64,000 bases of DNA from an uncultured Oligoflexales bacterium. Its GTDB lineage: Bacteria; Bdellovibrionota_B; Oligoflexia; Oligoflexales; CAZZCU01. The notes below the pieces were generated by a model. It worked only from the letters and a program-made list of their open reading frames with translations. It had not been told where the DNA came from and did not search any database. The stretch is from contig CAZZCU010000001.1 in the NCBI GenBank assembly GCA_964652825.1, positions 208,167 through 272,166 of the forward strand, read 5' to 3'. Positions 19,381 to 27,051 of this stretch are shown here, one piece after another. The translations under genes were made by a program, and so were the position numbers. Every line of letters starts with the position of its first letter. Position 1 is the first letter of the stretch.

Positions 19381-20586
19381 ATGAAAGCCTCGTTACAAGA
19401 CCGTATTGCACCGCCGGTCGTGCAAAATCACAAAGATTTTGGCGATGCGCAGACGATCGAATCCCCACGCGCGATTGATTCCAATGCTGCGACCCGGACA
19501 GACTTTCGTGATCTCTTGAGTAACTCGAATGCCGAGGCTATCAAGGAGCGCGAAGCTATAAAAAACGGCGATCTTTCCGGAGCGAAGACAGAAACGGAGT
19601 TTTTGGAAAAACTGGCAAAACGTAATGAGCCGGTGCGTGTTCCAAAGAACAATTTGGATAAAGATGATTTCTTAAAATTATTTGTTACGCAGTTGCAGAA
19701 TCAGGATCCACTGAATCCTGATGACAGCACTGAGATGGCCAGTAAACTGGCGCACTTCAACAGTCTTGAGCAGATGCTCAACGTCAATAAAACACTCGAC
19801 AAACTCTTTGTTGCCCAAAGCTCCGATCGCCAGATGCGCATGATTGACTATGTGGGCAAAGAAATCACGGTCAACGGCGGCCGCATTCGTCTCAAAGACG
19901 GACAGCCCAGCGAATCCATCTTCTCACTACCGACGGCAAGTACCGAAACAACGCTTCAGGTGCGTGATGCAGCCGGGGTTATTGCTCTGGAAAAATCTCT
20001 TGGCTCCATGCCAATGGGTGAGCAGAAATTTACCTGGGATGGCAAAGGTGTTGATGGCAAACGCGTTTCCGATGGCGTTTACACTTATAGTTTGATCGCC
20101 AAGTCCATCGACGGCCAGGATATTCCTGTTCAAACACATAGCCGAGTTAAGATTCTCGGTGTGGACATTCAGGATTCTACTGGTTCGGTTTATACGGATT
20201 TTGGCAAAGTTAAGTTGCAAGATATCGTTGCAGTCGGCTCGCCTGGCTTTGAAGACAAGACAGGAATTGTGGCTCCGCCGAGCGAGCAACAGACTAATGC
20301 CTTCGTGACGCCGCCTGGAACACCAAGTCCCGCTGAATTACAGCAACTTCTCCAGACGCAACTAGCAAAAACATCGTCGCCATCAGAAGGCGAAGGTAAA
20401 GCGGGAGATCAGCCGGCAACCGCTACTGAGAATCTTCCTAAGCCGGATTACTCTATGCAAACCGATCCCGCTTCTGGCATGATGCCTAGCATAGCGACGA
20501 ATGTACCTTCTAAATCCGAGTCAGCGACACAAACCAATGAAGACACTGCTAAGCCTGCTGCTGCTGATCAGCCTCGCAGCATGTAA
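19381..20586 (+). CDS. flgD: Flagellar hook assembly/capping protein FlgD
   Basis: FlgD N-terminal motif DKDDFLKLFVTQLQNQDPLNPDD...LAHFNSLEQM. Ig-like part FTWDGKGVDGKRVSDGVYTYSL. Pro/Ser-rich C-terminal extension. Confidence 0.85.
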   Translation: MKASLQDRIAPPVVQNHKDFGDAQTIESPRAIDSNAATRTDFRDLLSNSNAEAIKEREAIKNGDLSGAKTETEFLEKLAKRNEPVRVPKNNLDKDDFLKLFVTQLQNQDPLNPDDSTEMASKLAHFNSLEQMLNVNKTLDKLFVAQSSDRQMRMIDYVGKEITVNGGRIRLKDGQPSESIFSLPTASTETTLQVRDAAGVIALEKSLGSMPMGEQKFTWDGKGVDGKRVSDGVYTYSLIAKSIDGQDIPVQTHSRVKILGVDIQDSTGSVYTDFGKVKLQDIVAVGSPGFEDKTGIVAPPSEQQTNAFVTPPGTPSPAELQQLLQTQLAKTSSPSEGEGKAGDQPATATENLPKPDYSMQTDPASGMMPSIATNVPSKSESATQTNEDTAKPAAADQPRSM

Positions 20587-21346
20587 AACCACTGGTAAAC
20601 GAGACGCGGGTGAACCTACCGGTGCCACGGACGGCGAGCCTTATAGCGAAGCTCCTCGGCCAATCATTACAGCCTGTAATGATCCTGTGCCGACATGCGA
20701 AGATACCGACAACTCAACCAAGATGCTATGTACAGCTGATATGTACGATGGCAAAACCTTGATGAAGCATTTCGTCTTGCAAGGGTTTGGTGTGGGTAGT
20801 TGCGCTGCTCGCGAAGCTTTGCGGCAATCAGTTTGCGCAGCTGGCAAAAAATTTGAATTGGTTAGTAGTATTAATTGTGTAAAAGATCCGTCCGATGGCG
20901 AATGCCCCGTTGCTCAGCAAGCTTGTATAACTTTATTTCAGCCGGTGATGTGCGCGGCAGTCAGCTATGACGGCCGACCGTTGGCGGACGAACAGAAGAT
21001 GCGCGCCTGGGGCGACAATTCTTGCGTTGCTCAACATAATCTTAAACTCCTGGCGTGTAAAAGCGGCATGCGACCCAGCCTGCTTGGTGAGAATGTTGAA
21101 TGTTGGGATGATCAGTCTGAAGGTGAGTGTCCGGTGAAAATAGAAAGTTGCGAATCGACGTATGTGTCGCACATCTGCAAAGCCACAAGTTATAATGGCC
21201 AAACGTTGACCAGTCCTCTGACAACTTTCGGTGCAAGCGAGTGTGAAGCTAAGGCTGAATTACAACAGCAAGCATGCAATCAAGGTTATCGTCCCAGCAA
21301 GCTCGATCAGATTCACTGCCAGCCCGAACAAGAAGCGCCACTATAA
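20537..21346 (+). CDS. Cys-rich lipoprotein with three tandem 6-Cys modules
   Basis: MKTLLSLLLLISLAAC signal peptide plus lipobox at the ATG at 20537. There are 18 further Cys arranged three times as C-x6-C-x(8-10)-C-x(21-23)-C-x10-C-x(13-14)-C, with a conserved Y-(D/N)-G after the third Cys. The start lies 50 nt inside the flgD 3' end. Confidence 0.6.
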   Translation: MKTLLSLLLLISLAACKTTGKRDAGEPTGATDGEPYSEAPRPIITACNDPVPTCEDTDNSTKMLCTADMYDGKTLMKHFVLQGFGVGSCAAREALRQSVCAAGKKFELVSSINCVKDPSDGECPVAQQACITLFQPVMCAAVSYDGRPLADEQKMRAWGDNSCVAQHNLKLLACKSGMRPSLLGENVECWDDQSEGECPVKIESCESTYVSHICKATSYNGQTLTSPLTTFGASECEAKAELQQQACNQGYRPSKLDQIHCQPEQEAPL

Positions 21347-21354
21347 ATTAACGC

Positions 21355-22878
21355 TTAACCGCCAAGTACTTCATAAGGCGGCTCGTGTAGATCGCCCAGG
21401 CGAAGATTGGCGTCGGCGAATTCCAATTCAATGCCGTGTTTTTGCGCGATGTGATCAACCAGTTCGGTTTCGTTCTCTCGCAGCCAATCACGGATATCTT
21501 TGCGAATTTTAACTTTAATATTTTTTTGGCCGGTTCGGACATAAAAGCGTTCAATGTCGCGGATCAAGTTGTAAGCTTCGGTGGCTACGCTGTACACCCT
21601 GCCTCGCCCGTCACAAAAAGGACAAGCTTCCATCAGCAACTGTTCCAGAGATTCGCTGGTGCGTTTGCGGGTCATTTGCACCAGGCCGAGTTCGCTGATG
21701 GCGAGAACATTCGTGCGCGCCTTGTCATGCTTTAATGCTTCCAGCAGTGAGTTGGAGATTTCTTCGCGGTCATCGACTCGATCCATATCGATAAAATCGA
21801 GCACAATAATTCCACCAATATTTCGCAGGCGCAGTTGAGAAACAATTTCTGCGACCGCCTCACGATTTGTTTGCAGGATGGTCTCTTGAGCACTGACTTT
21901 GCCGACAAACTTGCCGGTATTAACGTCAAAAGATGTCAAAGCTTCGGTCTGATCGATGACCAGATAGCCGCCGGATGGTAGCCAGACTTTGCGACCTAAA
22001 GCGCGCGCAATATCAACCTCAATGCCGTATTCATCAAAGAGCGGATTGGGCCCAGTATGTAAATGCAATTTTTTGCCGGCAGCAGGAATATTGGCTGCCA
22101 AGAAATTCCGTAATTTTTCGTGAACTTCTTCGTTGTCGACGACAACATCCGAAATATCATCGGCATATAAATCGCGTGTAACTTTTAAAAATAATTCCGG
22201 CTCTTCATAAAGACGTGCGGGGCTGGAGCTTCGTTTTTGTCGTGAGCTGATTTCCTGCCAGAGTTTGCAGAGATATTTCAGTTCCCGTTGTAACATGGTT
22301 TCTTCGACACCGCCGGCAGCGGTACGCACAATCACGCCGATGTTCTTGGGTTTGATTTTTTGCAGGATATCCTTTAAGCGCTCCCGCTCGTCTTCCGCCT
22401 CAATTCGACGTGACACTCCGATATGCGTAAAATTTGGAACCAATACCAGATAACGTCCCGGTAGCGAGACAAACATAGTAACGCGCGCGCCTTTGGTACC
22501 CAGAGGCTCTTTGGCGACCTGTACCAAAACATCTTCGCCTTCTTTGAGGCATTTTTCGATGGGCAGGCGGCTGACACGCGCCTGCGATTCCTGGAGGCTA
22601 TCAACATCAGAAAGATCTTTAGCGGCCGCCAGTCTGGTGACGAAATCCGGGTCCAAAACATCGCCGCCATACAAAAACGTTGAGCGTTCCAAGCCAACTT
22701 CGACAAAGGCGGCCTGCATTCCGGGTAATACTCGTTTTACTTTGCCCAGATAGATGTTGCCGACGATGCCGCGTTCGCGTGTTCTTTCAATATGAATTTC
22801 CGCCAACGCATCGTCTTCCATGAGCGCGACCCGCGTCTCGGCGATTCCGGCGTTAATGATCAACTGACGATTGGTCAT
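21355..22878 (-). CDS. rng: Ribonuclease G (RNase E/G family)
   Basis: S1 domain GNIYLGKVKRVLPGMQAAFVEVG and RNase E/G catalytic core (VLDFIDM...). At 507 aa it has no RNase E scaffold region. Confidence 0.85.
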   Translation of the reverse strand: MTNRQLIINAGIAETRVALMEDDALAEIHIERTRERGIVGNIYLGKVKRVLPGMQAAFVEVGLERSTFLYGGDVLDPDFVTRLAAAKDLSDVDSLQESQARVSRLPIEKCLKEGEDVLVQVAKEPLGTKGARVTMFVSLPGRYLVLVPNFTHIGVSRRIEAEDERERLKDILQKIKPKNIGVIVRTAAGGVEETMLQRELKYLCKLWQEISSRQKRSSSPARLYEEPELFLKVTRDLYADDISDVVVDNEEVHEKLRNFLAANIPAAGKKLHLHTGPNPLFDEYGIEVDIARALGRKVWLPSGGYLVIDQTEALTSFDVNTGKFVGKVSAQETILQTNREAVAEIVSQLRLRNIGGIIVLDFIDMDRVDDREEISNSLLEALKHDKARTNVLAISELGLVQMTRKRTSESLEQLLMEACPFCDGRGRVYSVATEAYNLIRDIERFYVRTGQKNIKVKIRKDIRDWLRENETELVDHIAQKHGIELEFADANLRLGDLHEPPYEVLGG

Positions 22879-24164
22879 TAGTGACTGTTTTCTGGTGAAA
22901 GATCCAAGCTGCTCACAATCCTGGTATAGATTTTATTAGTAGCTCCCAGATGCGTATGTATATGTTGAATCAAGTTCGCATTCTTTTCGTGTGTCGCGTT
23001 TGTCTGCCACCATTGCGCCAGGGTTTCGGCATTGTCAACAATAGTGACCAATCCGCGATGAACAAGTTCTTTCGCCTCGGCACTATTGGTATAGCATGGT
23101 CCGTGCGCCAAAAAAAGCCCGTGGCAAGCAGGCTCCAGGACGTTGTGAACTTTGTGATCCATGGCACCGCCGACAAAACCGAGCGTGCCAACAGCATATA
23201 GTTCAGCGAGTACGCCAATCACATCTATGATCAGTACGTCAGCCACCTGATTTTCGTGCAATGCTGACCAACGAATACATTGTAAATTTTTGCTACGACA
23301 CACGGCTTCAATTTTGGCGAGATAAGTTTCGCTGACATCATGTGCCGCTAAAATCACTCGCCAGGTATCGCGCAGCGATTCCGGCAACAGTTGGAAAGCA
23401 CCAAGAATAACCTGTACATCAGGAAGCCAGACGCTGCCACCGATGAGGATTTTTTTGTTGGCAACAAAAACCGCCAGCTTGTCGATTATGTTTGTTGATG
23501 CCGGCTTGGTTCTTTGCAGGGAGCGTTCGTACTTGGTGTCACCGGTTACATCCACGTCGTTGCGGTACATTGTGCGAAGATACGGCATATCATTTTCGTG
23601 CACCAAAGCAATCCAGTCGAAGCAATTTAACATGCCACGATATAGCCACGATTTTATTTTAGCGCCGCGGGTTTCGCTTGGAATTGCATCGATCAGGAAC
23701 AACAAACTCTTTTCTGCGGCGGCGTGCAAAAACCCCGGCCATAATTCGTGGCGCACGATCACGGCAATGTTTGGTCGCAGTGCCGTCAGGAGCTGTCGCC
23801 AGCGCCAGATGGTGTCGGGGGGTGACATCATAAAAGTGATGTTTTCATGACGTGCTTTGGCAAATTCATAACCTGAGCGTGAGAAGAAAATAATGATCTG
23901 CCAAATGCGTTGATCGGTGGCGAGCTTATCGATTAATGGTTTTGCCTGCTCATATTCGCCGGCTGAGCTACAAAACCAAAGCACTCCCCGTTCGTGTTCA
24001 CTGCGCAAATTGTGAAGAATCGTTATTTCCTGGGGCGAAAGTTGACGATCCAGCAATTGACGGGGTGTTTGTGCAAGCGGAAAAATAATGAGGCGAAGCA
24101 GCTGCCACAGCAGTTCTACTATTCCAGAGTACAAATAAATGAGCCACGTGCTCGGTTTATACAT
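22878..24164 (-). CDS. waaA: 3-deoxy-D-manno-octulosonic acid (Kdo) transferase
   Basis: N-terminal membrane anchor. LWFCSSAGEYEQAKPLIDKL corresponds to the conserved WaaA HxxSxGE region. GT-B C-terminal half. TAATG overlap with rng. Confidence 0.8.
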   Translation of the reverse strand: MYKPSTWLIYLYSGIVELLWQLLRLIIFPLAQTPRQLLDRQLSPQEITILHNLRSEHERGVLWFCSSAGEYEQAKPLIDKLATDQRIWQIIIFFSRSGYEFAKARHENITFMMSPPDTIWRWRQLLTALRPNIAVIVRHELWPGFLHAAAEKSLLFLIDAIPSETRGAKIKSWLYRGMLNCFDWIALVHENDMPYLRTMYRNDVDVTGDTKYERSLQRTKPASTNIIDKLAVFVANKKILIGGSVWLPDVQVILGAFQLLPESLRDTWRVILAAHDVSETYLAKIEAVCRSKNLQCIRWSALHENQVADVLIIDVIGVLAELYAVGTLGFVGGAMDHKVHNVLEPACHGLFLAHGPCYTNSAEAKELVHRGLVTIVDNAETLAQWWQTNATHEKNANLIQHIHTHLGATNKIYTRIVSSLDLSPENSH

Positions 24165-24175
24165 CAGTGTAAATT

Positions 24176-25303
24176 TTATGGTGAACGCTGAACAAAAGCG
24201 TCCAACCGCCTATTCAAAAAATCCGTGATAGGTTCCAGTGGAATACTTTTAAAGCACAATTGGTCATCATAACGACAAGGATTTCGTCCGTGTTTTGAGC
24301 AAGGGCGGCAACCTAAATTTATCGAGAAAGACTGGCTTGTACCCATCCATGGTTTGAAACCAAAGCCTTCAACCGTTGGACCAAATAGCATGCCAACAGG
24401 AGTACCGACGGCTTCAGCAATGTGACCAAGAGCCGAATCATTGCTTAACAATGCTTCTACCTCCGCCAGCGCCAACGCGCTTTCCCATAAGCTGATTTTG
24501 CCCGCCAGATTTAAGGTCGCGCCGGGCCAATTCAGAGCATCAGCAATCGCCACCGCGACTTTGCGATCCTGCTCGTTACCGAGATAGACAATTCCAGCCG
24601 GCGCGGCGAGTTGTTTGAGCGGGGCCAGACTTTGAATGAACGTTTCTATGGGTGCTTGCTTGGCGGCATGGGCGGCTCCCGGTGCGACCGCCAGCCAACG
24701 CCCTATACGTAACTCTTTATGCCAGAGAGCCGAGCTTGGCTCCTTGGGTAGCGGTAGATGTGGTTTGGCGGTGGCCACGCGAATCGCTTCGGCAAATTGT
24801 TGTGGCCAATGTCTAAGCAACGCTGTGCGCAAAGTGTCGGCCATCAACTCGTACTGCAGGCGACCTGGCTGGACAACATGCCGCGGTAGTTTGCGGCGTC
24901 TGCCTTCTAGGCGTGCTCGCAAGACCATTGAGCCACGTCTGAGTGGCTGTTTGGAACAGGTGTAGGCAGGTACGCCATTGATGCGACTGGTGGCGCCGCA
25001 AATCAGGCGTGAGCGCAGATTTGTTTGCAGATCGACAATGAAATGAACGCCAGCGAGTTGTTTGGCGATGTCCCAATGACTATTGACGCCGTCAGTCCGT
25101 TGTACTTCTATGCATTGCATTCCGGGAAATGCGGATTGTAAAAGACCAAGTGCGGGTTGGCGTCCGATCCAGATAATCTCGGCATCAGCGGATAAATTGC
25201 GCAAAAGATTTATACACGCTGTCGCTAACACCGTATCGCCGATGCTGCTACTCCGGTAAATTGCCAGCCGTGTTTTCGGAATTTGACCTGCGCCTTCGAC
25301 CAA
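24176..25303 (-). CDS. Glycosyltransferase family 9 (LPS heptosyltransferase-like)
   Basis: N-terminal SSSIGDTVLAT motif and overall GT9 layout, adjacent to waaA. TTG start assumed. Confidence 0.7.
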   Translation of the reverse strand: MVEGAGQIPKTRLAIYRSSSIGDTVLATACINLLRNLSADAEIIWIGRQPALGLLQSAFPGMQCIEVQRTDGVNSHWDIAKQLAGVHFIVDLQTNLRSRLICGATSRINGVPAYTCSKQPLRRGSMVLRARLEGRRRKLPRHVVQPGRLQYELMADTLRTALLRHWPQQFAEAIRVATAKPHLPLPKEPSSALWHKELRIGRWLAVAPGAAHAAKQAPIETFIQSLAPLKQLAAPAGIVYLGNEQDRKVAVAIADALNWPGATLNLAGKISLWESALALAEVEALLSNDSALGHIAEAVGTPVGMLFGPTVEGFGFKPWMGTSQSFSINLGCRPCSKHGRNPCRYDDQLCFKSIPLEPITDFLNRRLDAFVQRSP

Positions 25304-25477
25304 TCGGACTCTCGCTGAACGCTAAATTACAGGTTAGGTAGATAAACTCTTAGGCATTAAATAAAAAAATCCCGCTTAACTCAATGATTATTTGATATTA
25401 GCTCTGTTGGGCAATCTCTGCCCAAGCGGCAAAAACAAGCATTCTTCTTATGGATTTAAATATGTTAAAATTACTTT

Positions 25478-26437
25478 ATGACTTCAAAAAAATCGCAATC
25501 TCCAGGAATGCCGCCGCGCAAACGTTTGCTCAATTTGATCTTCTTTATTGATGCGAGCAAAACGCGGACCTTTGTGATGCCAATGGATAGAGCAGCTATC
25601 TTTGCTGTAGTCGTTGGCATGACTGCTTTGTGGGCTTTGATTAGCGTTGTCCTGGTTGCTAAATATAAAAGCGAAAACACTCAGCTGCGTACTAAGCTCC
25701 AGACGGCTCTGAACACGGTTTTTGATTATCAAACCCGCTTTGATGACGTTTTCGAGCGCGCCTATCCCGAAAGTGTTGGCAAAGACTACCTGGCGGCGAA
25801 AACTCCCGATACCCCGCGTTCTCAACCGCAACAGGAGGCTCCGTCCGTTGCTGCTAAAAATCCTCCGGCTGAGACGACAAAGCCGAGCGAGAAGAAGGCG
25901 GCTGTCGAGTCGAATGCCGATGCGGTGGAAAAACTGGCTTTGGTTGAGGAAATCTCGTGGAAGCTCAAAGGTTCCAACCTGGATCTTCAATTTACGATCA
26001 AAAGTCCGGAGCCCAATACCAAAGTCGAAGGCTATGTCTGGGGCATCGCCAGATTTGAGTCTGCGGATGGTCAGGTAAGCTATGTCGGTGTTCCCAGCGA
26101 GATCGACGTGGATGAGCAGGGCGAAGCCTCCGCGTCACAGCGATCCTACCTTTACAGCATTCGGTTTTTGAAGCGCCGGAATTTTTCGTTTGCCGCTCCG
26201 GCGGATGTTGCTGGCGTCTTTAACGAGGTCAAAATTTTTCTGACCAGCAAAAAAGGCCAAAAAACGGTGTATCCCGTTGATATGTATGCGGCCGTACAGC
26301 CGGCGGATTCCGTTCAAGCCACTCCGACTGATCCGGAGGCAAAAAAAGAAAGTAAACTTGACGGAGCTTCGATACAATCGCGCCTAGGAAAGATTTACGC
26401 GAAGCGGCGGGCCACGGGAGCTCGCAAACGGCACTGA
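25478..26437 (+). CDS. Hypothetical bitopic membrane protein (coiled coil, P/A/E-rich linker, beta-rich C-domain)
   Basis: Basic N-terminal tail, one TM (AIFAVVVGMTALWALISVVLVA), a heptad-like segment, a Pro/Ala/Glu-rich linker, then a beta-rich domain of about 150 aa. Start uncertain (three in-frame Met). Confidence 0.45.
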   Translation: MTSKKSQSPGMPPRKRLLNLIFFIDASKTRTFVMPMDRAAIFAVVVGMTALWALISVVLVAKYKSENTQLRTKLQTALNTVFDYQTRFDDVFERAYPESVGKDYLAAKTPDTPRSQPQQEAPSVAAKNPPAETTKPSEKKAAVESNADAVEKLALVEEISWKLKGSNLDLQFTIKSPEPNTKVEGYVWGIARFESADGQVSYVGVPSEIDVDEQGEASASQRSYLYSIRFLKRRNFSFAAPADVAGVFNEVKIFLTSKKGQKTVYPVDMYAAVQPADSVQATPTDPEAKKESKLDGASIQSRLGKIYAKRRATGARKRH

Positions 26438-26439
26438 CG

Positions 26440-27051
26440 ATGTTCTTGGTTCGTACTTTTCAGCTTTTTCATGTACTTGTCGCTGCTGCGGTGATGAGTT
26501 CCTGCCAGCACGATATATCCAAGCAAAATTCCGCGTCAGATTTTAGTCTTGAGATTCAGGCGACCACCAAGATTACTGGTCCGATCGGAGCTCATCAATT
26601 CAGTAATGCGACCTTGCGGATACCGTCCGAGCTCCTTGATCTGCGTCAGGTAAAACGCCCGCGCGCTGAACTACGCATGGCACCCATGTCGGCATATAAG
26701 ATTCAGGATAAGTTACTCATGCAGAATGATCGGGTCGCCGTCTTTGATCAGCGGGGCGTCTGGGTTAAAATCGTGGCGCTGGACTCCGATGCCACCGGCT
26801 GGGTGCATCACAATGCGTTGGAAAATTATAAAAATGATGGTGCCGTTTTCATGATGGAAACAAGGTTGCCACGCGTATTTGCTCTGCGTCCTCTTGAGCG
26901 TGCAATTGATTATCAATCCGGCAAAGCGGTGGCGGTGAATGTAAAAAAGGGTACAGCGTTAGTTAGCTTACGAAAAACCGATGGCAAAGTTTTAGTCATT
27001 ATTCCCGAGAACAAAACCGTAGCATGGTTTTCGCAAACGGACGTGCAATGA
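26440..27051 (+). CDS. Hypothetical lipoprotein with SH3b-like segments
   Basis: Signal peptide plus lipobox-like VMSSC. Segments RVAVFDQRGVWVKIVALDSDATGWVHHNAL and GTALVSLRKTDGKVLVIIPENKTVAWF resemble bacterial SH3 folds. 2-nt gap from the previous ORF. Confidence 0.45.
   Translation: MFLVRTFQLFHVLVAAAVMSSCQHDISKQNSASDFSLEIQATTKITGPIGAHQFSNATLRIPSELLDLRQVKRPRAELRMAPMSAYKIQDKLLMQNDRVAVFDQRGVWVKIVALDSDATGWVHHNALENYKNDGAVFMMETRLPRVFALRPLERAIDYQSGKAVAVNVKKGTALVSLRKTDGKVLVIIPENKTVAWFSQTDVQ

Noticed and set aside
20537-21346. A Kazal-type protease-inhibitor assignment for the 6-Cys modules.
   Set aside because: The six-Cys count and the Y-D-G after a Cys are reminiscent of Kazal domains. However, the inter-Cys spacings (6, 8-10, 21-23, 10, 13-14) do not match the Kazal pattern as I remember it. 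The protein is left unassigned.
25407-25425. The hairpin TTGGGCA-ATCTC-TGCCCAA upstream of the four-gene module, also considered as a sigma54 site.
   Set aside because: No T tract follows it, so it is not a terminator. The GG/GC spacing is off by one for sigma54. It may be an operator, but there is no support.
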